In this document: piece after piece, positions 37,221 through 50,151 of the stretch
How the letters are laid out: every line of letters begins with the position of its first letter
How positions within the stretch are numbered: the stretch's first letter is position 1
DNA from: Mobula hypostoma
Taxonomy: Eukaryota
NCBI RefSeq assembly: GCF_963921235.1
Contig: NC_086097.1
Span: 217,684,001 to 217,748,000 of the forward strand
DNA length: 64,000 bases
Direction: 5' to 3'
Translations under genes and position numbers: made by a program
The notes under the pieces: generated by a model
Seen by the model: only the letters and a program-made list of their open reading frames with translations
Databases searched by the model: none
What the model was told of the DNA's origin: nothing

Positions 37221-37883
37221 GATTAAGCACGGGGCGTTGAAGTAACAAAATTAAAAGTCTACAAATAGATCCGCAACAATGATTTTGAACATTTATTTTC
37301 TTTGTTATGATGAAAGTCTACGCTTCAATATTTATTAAAACAGTCGAAAGTTGGAATTACGAACAGCTGAATAGAACGAAAGCACACACATACAACAAAT
37401 TATAATATTTTATTAGGAGTAATGAAAGAAAGTAATATAGTCTCTGGTATTTCTGTTTCGCTAATGATGAAGTCAATTGAACATCCTTTTCCAAGTAAAA
37501 ATCATACAGTTGTTTTGCTGCGCAATCTTTAATGCAGGAAAAGAATAACAAATTTCCATATGCCAATTATCATATATGTGCTAACAATACAAATAATAGC
37601 CATATCAGAAATATTGATAATATGAAAAAAGATGTTTGCGTAAGAAGCTCTGGCTGAAAATTTATTAAGCTACCATTCTGATGAAAGGTTGTCTATTTCA
37701 TATTCTATACGATTACCTGTCTTGCTAAGCATGTCCACTACATTTTGTTTACTTTAGTTGTCGCTCATGGATTTATTGTAAAATATTATTTCAAATATTT
37801 CTGCTGGCAATTTGGTTAAACAATCAATTGAAAATATTTTAAGAGATATCCGCAAGAAAATAGTGTTAGTTTTTCAAATGGAA

Positions 37884-38041
37884 GAACACATACAAAATGC
37901 TGGAGGAACTCGGCAGGTCGGGCAGCATCTATGGAAAAGAGTAAACAGTCGATATTTCGTGCTAATACCCTTCTTCAGAACTGTTAACTCTTTTCCATAG
38001 ATGCAGACTGACCTGCAGAGTTCCTCCAGCATTTTGTATTC
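37884..38041. mobile_element. Miniature PLE-derived inverted repeat with a hammerhead motif in the loop
   Basis: 60-bp arms at 37890-37949 and 37980-38039; minus strand AGTT-CTGAAGA-AGGGTATTAGCAC-GAAAT-ATC-GACT. Confidence 0.8.
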
Positions 38042-41000
38042 AATAGCTAATTGTTCGATCTGTAACTAATACTTCTCTCGATTATTGTTTGGAAGCTTAA
38101 ACGATACATAACCATGTATCATTTAAGAAAACTATTAATTATCCCATACTAGTTTAATTCCAGAAATAATATGCAACAAATATTTCTCCACATTTCGTTG
38201 AGTACAGGAACAAGAGTAGGATATTTAGTCCGGAGGACTTCAACTGCCTTCCAATAAAACCGGAGTCTGACACCTGACTCCGTATATCCATTTTCCTCCT
38301 AATCCCTTCATATTTTTCATTAGCAAAAATGATCAATCTCATTAAAAGGGAAGATAACCTGGCAGAATATTATAGAATTAGTTCCCTTAAAGCCACATCG
38401 TCAAATCGGTATCGTAATAAATTTTAAAGGTTTCATTGTTATAAACAGGGATTCACCTTTGATAATGTTTTTCTAAAATAAGCCATAAGATTCATTTCTC
38501 AGCTTGGATTATCGTTAATAATGTAGATAATGGACTTTAAAAACTTTTCTATAAAAATGGAAATGTTCTTAATGTGTGAATAGAATGGTCAGCTTTCAAA
38601 ACACAAGAAGTAATACCAGATCTTTAATAAACACATGTCGACATATTTCAAACAAAAATAATTCTTAAAATTCATTAGAATTGGTATAACGTTTACTTGT
38701 GGTTTTGTTTCTTTTCTAAAAATAATTAGATAGTGCGTCAACGAGCATACTCCCGAACCATTAAAGTTCAATATTACACGTATTATGTAAACACCTATGT
38801 TCACTTAATTAAAATATCGTTTATTCAAAAGTTTGTTAAAAATATAAACTCAAAACGTCTGATCATAATATTTGTAAGTTGACTACATGAATTGAAATGT
38901 AACAACACGTTTATTTGCGTAAAATGATTAAAACTATTAGGTACTGTCATTACTTTGGGAAAACGTACCCTTTTCCTTGCGTAGTTAAAATCTACCATGG
39001 TTTTATATAGATGAGAAATAGATCCTTGAAGTTGCTACATGTATTATTGAATATAATTACAATCTGGCTACGCTTGTTATTTCATATTTGACTGAAAGAT
39101 TAAATGACGTTATGAAAGCGAAATAAATTAGCATTAGTAGATGTTGAACTTAGTTCATATCAACTAACGATGGAAACGGAAATAATTAGACTATATGTGA
39201 TAGATCGATAAATCACCGAAGATGGCAAATAAAATTTATGTGAAATTTCGTACTTGTTCATGGATTATCCGAAAGATCTACTTAGCATCTCTTTCCTGGA
39301 TCCATCTCCTGAAAGTACAATGCTCATATTTTGTGTTGTAATTAGAATCATGAAAAATATTGTTTCTTAAAATCAAGAACAAGTAAATTTTACTGTGAAA
39401 TATTAAAACATCAAAATGTTGCTTTTTGCTTTTTATTCACAAAAGAAAAACATACAGAGTAGGTAATTACATGGTATATTGAGTACACAATTTGTGGATT
39501 TAAATGTTCAGTTTCAATAATTATATTTCTTTCTATCATGTCAGTTGGTCGTATTTGTTCGTGGTTAGCCTACATTTCCATCGCAACGCTTCAAAAAGTT
39601 AACTCGCCTTTTTTAACACCTCGAACAACTTGATAAAGTACTAAAAGTGTAGGCGTGTCTATACTTAAACTTTTTAATTCGGTACAATAGAGGCGAAATA
39701 CCGTGGCCAATAATAAAATGCGTGTTATTTAATATTGAAACATTTATTATAAAGAATAGAAAATAGAAAAGACAGGCTGCAGGTCATTCATGGCCGAAAA
39801 CAAGGGACAATGTTCCACTGTGTTTTTCTGTGTTTGTTATTCATTTATTGGGTGATAAAGCTTCAATATTTCAGAAACCGAAACGTTCAGTTTTCATAGT
39901 AAAACAACAAAAACACAAGTAACAAAGCAACAATCAAGGGAATGTGGAATTATTACAATAATGAAATACTGCAAAAGCTGGGAGTTTGAAATCTGGCAGT
40001 AACGCTGCTGAAACTTGGCGCTTCGCCAAATCGATTTGTTTACCGAACAATGTTCGCTCCCTTTACGTCACAATATTACAATCATTTAGCTCACATTATC
40101 TAACAAATTCGATTAAACTCATGACAGAATTATGTTGGGGCAATGAACGCAGGAATCTGAACCAGAACCGTGTTTAACGTTTTAATCACAAAGATAAAAT
40201 GCATATCATGCAGCTCTTTGCAAACGAAACACTTAGAATACACGGTGTTAATTCGTAGGAATTTGCCCTTTAATAAGATATATTAGAATAAATCAAACGA
40301 ACGGGCTATAATATTATGCTATCGAAATAAAAATATAAATAATTACATTTAATTGATTTTAAAATTAAACCAAATAAACTAGTTATGTGTTCCCAACACT
40401 AGTGAAAACTGATGTTGTCGTTTAAGGTCTTCGATTTCAGTTTACACTGTTAGTGATGCTGTGACGAAGTTTCCGCAACATTCTGAACTGATTGCGAATC
40501 GTCGGCTTTGCTTAAATCTCGTTGCTGCGGTAAAAGAAAGACGCATTTCAACATATTTAAAAATAATTTAAAAAGCAAAAAGAAAAAAAATAGATGTCTG
40601 TATTTGCTTGATGTCATTGATGTCTTTCCTTGTCTATTCTCGTTAGTATCTTTACTGAGTTTTGGTGAATTCATAGCTGACGTCCTCTGTGCATACCTGA
40701 CAAGAGTTATACTTGATTTGGGGTCAACACAGAAGAATCTAGTTTGATTCTTAGAAAAAGTGTGTTGTACTTTCAACAAAAATTGAGTAACTGCCATTGG
40801 AGTTTAGAAGAAAATTGATGTAAGCGATTCTAAGTGTGATTGACAGCGAGGTACAGGGGTCCTTTATTTTGGATTAAAAACAGAACTATGGTCACAACTT
40901 AATGGATCGTTTTAAAAAATGCAGTAAAAATTCTGCAATACATCTTTGGAATTCTCTAATTTTGAGAATATTCAAGGATATTCTAATCATACTCTCATGT

Positions 41001-42544
41001 TATAGTTCTTATTCTTGTGACCAAATGCCTCCACGGGAATTGGGCAGGGAAGTGGAATTGAGATTCAGGATTGATCATGGTCTTATTCAATGGCATGACA
41101 GATGCTGGACCACATAGCTTATTTCCACTATGAAGACTTTGTTACAAGAGTGACCAAAAGCTTAGTTATACCATCAAGCATTAACAAGAGTTTTGATCAA
41201 GCGAAAATCCTTACATTTCTGTACAATAATAACGATAACATTGGTTCACTTACTTGATTCTAAATAGGGAAATTGAAACTAAACAATGGTAAACGATTAT
41301 GCATAAAACACACCTTAAGTTTCTACTTTGCAAAGGAAAATACATTTTTGTATAATACAAAACAAGAGCAACTTGCATTTACATAGCATCCTAAAGGAGA
41401 AAACATGTCTTAAATGCTCTTTACAGAATCCTAATCAGAAATGAGTTATCACAAAATTAATGGAGAGAATGAGCTAAATTACCAAATGTTTTACAAGATG
41501 TGCATTTTATTGAGTGTCTGAAAGCCAGATGTGAAGGTGGGTGATAGGAGGCTTAACTAAAGAACTCAAAGCTTAAGCCCAAGAAGTTGAAAATAAAGCT
41601 GACAAGGAAAGTGCTGGACGTACAAGAGAAGGTTGAGTAAACACACTTCAGTGAGAGAGTCATGGACTTTGCGATAGGCAAGACTGTGGAGACATTAGAA
41701 CAAAAGAAAGTGGTTAAACAAATCAAAGTGATGGTTGATGCAATGTTCAGCAGTGATGCTCTAGTGGTTGAACATGACTTTGTCAGAGATGGACTATGGA
41801 ATAGAGTTTTGGATGAGGCTGAAATTAGGGAAGGTTGAAATGAGAGCCTGGCCAAGAAGGAAATGGGATACAATACATGAGAGTAGAGGTTAATAAAGAT
41901 ATGGAAAATAGTTTCAGCAGCTAATGGTTTTAGGGAGAAAACATTTAAAATTATATTGCAGAGGTGGACAGTTTGTCCTGGTATGGCTTACACAAGATTT
42001 TTTTATATATATACAATTAAGAGGGTCTATCACAGTCTGTTTTACATAAAATTGAAATTACTTCAGGAGTCCTGTAGAGCAGTAAAGTTAACCTGAACTA
42101 CTTAAAGGGGAAGATATCACCGATTATAACTATTAACAGAAGAGAATATATAGCAAGGAATAAATTATTTTTAAAAAATGACCATTGAAGTAGGACACAG
42201 GGCATTTCACTTCAACACAAGCCTCAAGATCCTGATTAATGAGGTAACCCTCAGAGAATGTATCCTGCCTGATTCCATCCGATTCTAAGATGAAGGAGCA
42301 GTGGAATGAGATGACAAGGAAGTGACTGGTCCCAGTGCAGGAGGAAGTTTAATGATCTCACACATGATTAAGGGCAGTAGAGGTCATTACTGATTACTGC
42401 ACTTGCTTGGTATTCTATGAACCACACATTTTTCACCCACCTAGCAATAATCTCTACTTCTCCAGACTCCAGCCTAACATTCATATGACCAATACCAAAA
42501 CCAATTTTTCCTCTATTATATGCCCTCTTTTTGGCTTTTGGGTT

Positions 42545-42900
42545 GGCTTTGAACAGATTAGATATGGCAAAGTTATGTCCCATGGTAGGGGGTTCCAGGA
42601 CAAGAGGGCACGACTTCAGGATTGAAGGACATCCTTTTAGAACTGAGATGCAGAAAAATTACTTTAGTCAGAGGGTGGTAAATCTGTGGAATTTGTTGCC
42701 ACGAGTGGCTGTAGAGGCCAAGTCATTGGGTATACTTAAGGCAGAGATAGATATGTTCTTGATTAGCCAGGGCATCAAAGGGTATGGGGTAAAGGCGGGA
42801 GAGTGGGGATGACTGGAAGAATTGGATCAGCCCATGATTGAATGACAGAGCAGAGTTGATGGGTTAAATAGCCTACTTCTGCTCCTATATCTTATGGTCT
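42545..42900 (+). mobile_element. CR1 3' end
   Basis: SRTRGHDFRIEGHPFRTEMQKNYFSQRVVNLWN; tail tcttatggtct. Confidence 0.88.
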
Positions 42901-45300
42901 TTGACTTCTCCTGTTAGCCACTGTTGTGTCATCTTGCCTTTAGAATACTTCCTCCTCTTTGGGATGTATATATCCCGTGCCTTCTGAATTGGTTCCAGAA
43001 ATCCCAGCCACTGCTGCTCTGCCATCATCTCTGCCAGTGTTCTTTTCCATTCAATTCTGGCCAGCTCCAGTCTCATGTCTTTGTAATTCCCTTTCCTCCA
43101 CTGTAATACTGAAACATCTGACTTTAGCTTCTCCTCAAATTTCAGGATGAGTTCAATCATTTTATGATGACTTGCCCCTACGGGTTCTTTTATCTTAACC
43201 TCTCTAATCAATTCTGATTCATTGCACAACACCCAATCCAGAATAGCTGATCTTCTAGTGGGCTCAACCACGAGCTGCTCTAAAAATACATCTCATAGGC
43301 ACTCTAGAAATTCCCCCTCCTGTAATCCAGCACCAATCTGATTTTCCCAATTTACCTGCATATTGAAGTCTCCTATGACTATTGTAACATTGCCCTTTTG
43401 ACATGCATTTTCTATCTCCCACTGTAATTTGTAGGCCACATCCTTACTACTCTTTGAGGGTCTGTATACAACTCGCCTCAGGGTCTTTTTCTCCTTGCAT
43501 TTCCTTAGTCCTATCTACAATGATTCAACACCCTCACCTATAACACCTCTTTCTAATGATTTGATTTCATTTTTTACCAACAGGGCAATGCCAACCCCTC
43601 TGCCTTCCGATACAATGTGTATCATTGGGCGTTAAGCTCCCAGTTATAATCTTTCAGCCATGATTCAGTGACACCAACTTGCTAATCTGCAACTATGCTT
43701 GAAGTTCATCTACCTTACTGCATACATTCAGATACAACACCTTCAGTCATGTATTCACCCTTTTTGATTTTGTCCACCTTTTACGTTGACTGAAATTTTG
43801 TCCTGTCCTTGTCACTACACATTGCCTCTGATTGTAAACCAGCTGCCTCACCTTCAGCACAATTATCTGCCTTTCCTACGATACTCCCTGCCTTTAAATA
43901 TAGGTAGCTCAGGACGCTAGTCACACCATCAACCTTTTGATTCCTAACTTTGTCTGAGGTCTTACCAACATCTGCCTCCACAATCTCTCCACTAACTGTT
44001 TTTAACACTCTGGTTCCCATACCCCTGCAAGTCTAGTTTAAACTCCACCATATAGCATAAACAAACCTTCTCTCTAGGATATTAGTCCCCCTCCAGTTCA
44101 GGTGCAAACTGTCCCTCTGTACAGGTCTCACCTTCCCTGGAAGAGAGCCCAATGATCCAAAAATCTTGTGCCCTCCCTCCTACACCAACTCCTTAGCCAC
44201 GTATTAAACTGTATAATCTTCCTAGTTCTAGCCTCACTAGCATGTGGCATGGGTAGCAATCCGGCGATCACAAATCTGGAGGTCCTGCCCTTTAACTTAG
44301 CACCTAACTCCCTGAACACCCTAAGCAGAACCTCGTTAGTCATCCTTCCCATGTCATTAGTACCTACATGGACCATGACTTCTGGCTGTTCACCCTCCCA
44401 CTTAAGAATGCTGAGGACTTGATCTGAGATATCCTGGACCCTGGCACCCGGAGTCAACATACCCGCCAGGAATCTTGTTCTCATCCACAGAACTCTCTGT
44501 CTATTTCCCTAACTAACAAATCCCCTATCACCACAGTGTGCCTGTTCTCCCCCCTTTCATCTGAACGTCAGAGGCAGATTCAGTACCAGAGACATGGCCA
44601 TTGAGACTCTCCTCTGTTATGTCATCCAAAGTAATAAAATCTGTTGTTGAGGGGGATGGCTACAGGGGTACTTTGCACTAGCTCCTTAATCCCTTTCCCT
44701 TCCCGACTGTCACCTAGTTTTCTGTGCCCTGCACCTTGGGTGTAACTGCCTCTCTACACGTCCTATCTACCATTCCTTCAGCATCACAAATGATCCGGAG
44801 TTCATCCAGTTCCAGCTCCAGCTCCAACTCCTTAACGTGATTTCGTAGAAGTTGCAGCTGGATGCACTTCTCGCAGTTGTAGTCGTCAGTGACACTGGAG
44901 GTCTCTCTGCTTTCCTACATCCCACAAGAGGAGCATTTAACTATCCTGTCTGTCATCCCTACTGTCCCTAGCTTAGCATTCATAAAGAAGAGAACGAAAA
45001 AAACTTGAGCTTTTCTTTCCTTTGCTTTCTCTGTGAAGTCTCTCTTGCGTAAGCCTCGAAGAGCTAATGCCTCAAGATCACCACTCTGATTATGTCCACT
45101 CAGACGACGGCCACCATGCTTGCCCCTGCCTTCCTTTAATTTGCTTTTATCAATCCCAAATGCCAATTAGTCACTGGTCAAAGCTCTATTATGCTGCCGC
45201 GACATGCTACTGTTGCCTTTTATCTTCAGAGAGTGGAGCTGATTAAAGTCGCCTCCTCCTCCCCAAACTTCTGATGTCCTGATTTGCCACTGTTCAAGGC
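42901..45300 (-). mobile_element. CR1 5' half: 5' UTR, ORF1 (Cys motif + SGNH esterase) and ORF2 endonuclease
   Basis: VKCSSCGM, VHVGTND...VIAGLLPMP and ILDWVLCNE. Confidence 0.87.
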
Positions 45301-45694
45301 TCTATTAAGCTCTATATGTATATCAATATTCATATTGATAAATATTATTGGCCTGGAGTTGAGTATATTGGCATAGTTTCAAGGTTTGCAAATGATATGA
45401 AACTTAGAGATGTAATAAATAATGAAAAAGACAGGAAAAGATTTGAAGAAAAAATAATCCAAATTGGCAAACACTTGGCAGACAAAATGTAATGGTGAGA
45501 AGTGGGAATCAATATATTTGAAGAAAGAAATGATACAGACCATGTAGTACAATTGTGAAGGATGTGCAGTTTTTTGAAGGTGGTGGAACAAATTGAGAAG
45601 ACTGTTAAATAGGCATTTGGAATCCATTCTTATGAAAGAAAAAAATCAAATATCAAGGACATGTTCCAGAGGTCTAAAGAGATCTTTAAAATAC

Positions 45695-46038
45695 AGAAAC
45701 ATAGAAACATAGAAAACCTGCAACACAATATAGGCCCTTTGGCCCACAAAGTTGTGCTGACCATGTCCCTACTTTAGAAATTACTCGGCTTACCAAAGCC
45801 CTCTATTTTCGAAGCTCCACGTACCTATCCAAAAGTCTCTTGAAAGACCCTATCTTATCTGCCTCCACCACCGGTGCTGGCAGCCCATTCCACTCACTCA
45901 CCACTCTCTGCGTAAAAACCTACCCCTGACATCTCCTTTGTACCTACACTCAGCACCTTAAACCTGTGTCCTCTTGTGGCAACCATTTCAGCCCTGGGAA
46001 AAAGCCTCTGACTATCACATGCTCGATGCCTCTCATCA
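45695..46038 (-). mobile_element. CR1 3' end
   Basis: (CATAGAAA)n tail; LFPRAEMVATRGHRFKV. Confidence 0.82.
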
Positions 46039-46396
46039 TATAACCATATAACAATTACAGCATGGAAACAGGCCATCTCAGCCCTTCTAGTCCATGTCAA
46101 ACTCTTACTCTCACCTAGTCCCACCGACCCACACTCAGCCCATAACCCTCCATTCCTTTCCTGTCCATATATCTGTCCAATTTAACTTTAAACGACAACA
46201 TCGAACCTGCCTCAACCACTTCTGCTGGAATCTCGTTCCACACAGCTACCACTCTCTGCATAAAGGAGTTCCCTCTCATGTTACCCCTAAACTTTTGCCC
46301 TTTAACTCTCATGTCCTCATTTGAATTTTCTCCACTCTCAATGGAAAAAGCCTATCCACGTCAACTCTATCTATCTCCCTCAAGTCCCCCCTCAAC
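46039..46396 (-). mobile_element. 3' end of the host CR1 whose body lies at 50152-53456
   Basis: RGNSFMQRVVAVWNE; the sequence breaks at CTCAAC and resumes at 50152. Confidence 0.8.
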
Positions 46397-49300
46397 AGGT
46401 ACAGGGAGGTAGTCATCCCTAGGCTACAGCGGTCAGAAAACTGGGTCACTGTCAAGAGAGGGAAGGGAAATGCCTGGATAGTGGAGAGCACACCTGCGGC
46501 TGTCCCCCTCAGAAACAAATATCTTGTTCTAGATGCTGTTGAGGGGGATGACCTAACAGGGACGCCCATGGTGACCAGGTCTCTGGCACTGAGTCTGGCG
46601 CTGTTGTGCAGGAGGGAAGGAGGGAGAAGAGGAATGCGGTAGTCACAGGGGATTCCATAGTCAGAGGAACGGACAGGAGATTCTGTGAGCCTGATAGAGA
46701 TACCCGCATGGTGTGTTGCCTCCCAGGTGCCAGGGTACGGGATGTCTCGGATCGGGTCCCGAATATTCTGAAGGGTGAGGGCGAGCAGCCAGTTGTCTTG
46801 GTACATGTTGGTACCAATGACATAGATAGGACAAGGGAGGAGGTCCTGAAGAGAGATATCTGGGAGTTAGGAAGGAAGCTGAGAAGCAGGACCTCCAGGG
46901 TAGTAATCTCGGGATTGCTACCTGTGCCACGTGCTAGCGAGGGCAAGAATAGTAGGATCAGGCATATGAATGTGTGGCTGAGAGACTGGTGCAGGGGGCA
47001 GGGCTTCAGATTCTTGGATAATTGGGATCTCTTCTGGGGGAAGTATGACCTGTTCAAAATGGACAGGTTACACCTGAACCCGAAGGGGACAAATATCCTG
47101 GCGGGAAGGTTTAATAGAGCTGTTAGGGAGGGTTTAAACTAATTTGGCAGGGGGATGGGAACCGGAATGACAGAGCGGAGGAAGGGGAAAACAGAAATAA
47201 ATCTAAGATAGTGAGCAGTAAAGATGTCAGGAAAGACAGGCAAGTGATGGGGCAAATTTGTAGAAAATTGAGATGAGTTGCACTGAAATCAAAGCGAAAA
47301 GTACCAAGTACTGGTCTTAAGGTGTTATACTTAAATACACGTAGCATAAGGAATAAGGTGGATGATCTTGTCGTACAGCTGCAGATTCGCAGGTATGATA
47401 TTGTGGCCATCACTGAGACGTGGCTAAAGGATGCATGTCTCGTCTCTGGGAGCTGAACATCCAAGGATACATCGGAAGGATAGGAAGGTAGGCGGGGGGG
47501 GGGGAGGCGTGGCTTTATTGGTAAGAATTGATATTAAATCATTAGAAAGAGGTGATATAAGATCAGAAAGTGCAGAATCTTTATGGGTTGAGCTAAGAAA
47601 TCGCAGGGGTAAAAGGACCCAGATGGCAGTTATTTGTAGGCCTCCAAACAGCTGCAGTGATGTGGACTACAAATTACAACAGGAAATAGAAAAAGCTTGT
47701 CAGAAGGGCAGTGTTATGATAATTATAGGGGATTTTAACATGCGAGTGGATTGGGAAAATCAGGTTGGCACTCGATCTCGAGAGAGAGAATATGTAGAAT
47801 GTCTGCGAGATGGCTTTTTAGAACAGCTTGTTGTTGAGCCCACTAAGGGATCGGCTGTACTGGATTGGGTATTGTGTAATGAACCGGAGGTGATTAGAGA
47901 GATTGAGGTGAAGGAACCCTCAGGAGGCAGTGATCATAACATGATTGAGTTCACTGTGAAATTTGAAAAAAAGAAGCCGAAATCCGATGTGTCGGTATTT
48001 CAGTGGAGTAAAGGAAATTACAGTGGCATGAGAGAGGAACTGGCCAAAATTGACTGGAAAGGGACACTGGTGGGAAGGATGGCAGAGCAGCAGTGGCTGG
48101 AGTTTATGCGAGAAGTGAGGAAGGTGCAAGACAGGTATATTCCAAAAAAAGAAGAAATTTTCGAATGGAGAAAGGATGCAACCGTGGTTGACAAGAGAAG
48201 TCAAAGCCAAAGGTAAAGCAAAGGAGAGGGCATACAAGGAAGCAAAAATTAGTGGGAAGACAGAGGATTGGGAAGTTTTTAAAAGCTTACAAAAGGAAAC
48301 TAAGAAGGTCATTAAGAGGGAAAAGATTAACTATGAAAGGAAGCTAGCAGATAATATCAAAGAGGATACTAAAAGCTTTTTCAAGTATATAAAGAGTAAA
48401 AGACAGGTGAGTAGATAAAGGACTGATAGAAAATGATGCTGGAGAAATTGTAATGGGAGATAAGGAGATGGCAGAGGAACTGAACGAGTATTTTGCATCA
48501 GTCTTTACTGAGGAAGACATCAACAGTATACTGGACACTCAAGGGTGGCAGGGAAGAGAAGTGTGCGCAGTCACAATTACAACAGAGAAAGTACTCAGGA
48601 AGCTGAATAGTCTAAAGGTAGATAAATCTCCCGGACTAGATGGAATGCTCCCTCATGTTCTGAAGGAATTAGCTGTGGAGATTGTGGAGGCATTAGTGAT
48701 GATCTTTCAAAAGTCGATAGATTCTGGCATGGTTCCGGAGTACTGGAAGATTACAAATGTCACTCCGCTATTTAAGAAGGGGACAAGGAAGCAAAAAGGA
48801 AATTATAGACCTGTTCGCTTGACATCGGTGGTTGGGAAGTTGTTGGAGTCAATTGTCAAGGATGAGGTTACTGAGTACCTGGAGGCATATGACAGGATAG
48901 GTACAGCTCAGCATGGATTCCTTAAAGGAAAATTCTGCCTGACAAACCTATTACAATTTTTTGAGGAAATTACAAGTAGGCTAGACAAGGGAGATGCAGT
49001 GGATGTTGTATCTTAACAAGATAAGAGCCCATGGAATTACGGGAAAGTTACATACGTGGATAGACCTTTGGCCGATTGGCAGGAAACAGAGAGTGGGAAT
49101 AAAGGAATCCTATCCTGGTTGGCTGCCGGTTACCAGTGGTGTTCCACAGGGGCCCGTGTTGGGGCCACTTCTTTTTACATTGTACATCAATGATTTGGAT
49201 TATGGAATAGATGGCTTTGTGGCTAAGTTTGCTGATGATACAAAGATAGGTGGAGGGGGCAGTAGTGCTGAGGAAACGGAGGGTCTACAGAGAGACTTGG

Positions 49301-50151
49301 ATAGATTGGAAGAATGGGCAAAGAAGTGGCAAATGAAATACAATGTTGGAAAGTGTATGGTTATGCACTTTGACAGAAAAAATAAACGGGCAGACTATTA
49401 TTTAAATGGGGAAAGAATTCAAAGTTCTGAGATGCAATGGGACTTGGGAGTCCTCGTACAGGATACCCTTAAAGTTAACCTCCAGGTTGAGTCGGTGGTG
49501 AAGAAGGCGAATGCAATGTTGGCATTCATTTCTAGAGGAATAGAGTATAGGAGCAGGGATGTGTTGTTGAGGCTCTATAGGCACTGGTGAGACCTCACTT
49601 GGAGTACTGTGGGCAGTTTTGGTCTCCTTATTTAAGAAAGGATGTGCTGACGTTGGAGAAGGTACAGAGAATATTCACTAGAATGATTCCGGGAATGAGA
49701 GGGTTAACATATGAGGAACGCTTGTCCGCTCTTGGACTGTATTCCATGGAGTTTCGAAGAATGAGGGGAGACCTCAAAGAAACATTTCGAATGTTGAAAG
49801 GCATGGACAGAGTGGATGTGGCAAAGTTGTTTCCCATGATGGGGGAGTCTAGAACGAGAGGGCATGACTTAAGGATTGAAGGGTGCCCATTCAGAACAGA
49901 AATGCGAAGAAATTTTTTTAGCCAGAGGGTGGTGAATCCATGGAATTTGTTGCCACGGGCAGCAGTGGAGGCCAAATCATTGGGTGTATTTAAGGAAGAG
50001 ATTGATAGGTATCTGAGTAGCCAGGGCATCAAAGGTTATGGTGAGAAGGCGGGGGAGTGGGACTAAACGGGAGAATGGATCAGCTCACGATAAAATGGTG
50101 GAGCAGACTCGATGGGCCGAATGGCCGGCTTCTGCTCCTTTGTCTTATGGT
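46397..50151 (+). mobile_element. Near full-length CR1 LINE: ORF1 esterase 46606-47142, frameshifted ORF2 endonuclease-RT ~47200-50066
   Basis: GDSIVRG/VHVGTND SGNH motifs; GDFN, SDHN, NYRPVRLTSVVGK, GVPQG and KFADD; 6-bp TSD CTCAAC. Confidence 0.92.

Noticed and set aside
40450..40797. 115-aa minus-strand ORF as a last exon of PPP1R42, the expected upstream neighbour
   Set aside because: No recognisable similarity; it runs through low-complexity T-rich sequence.
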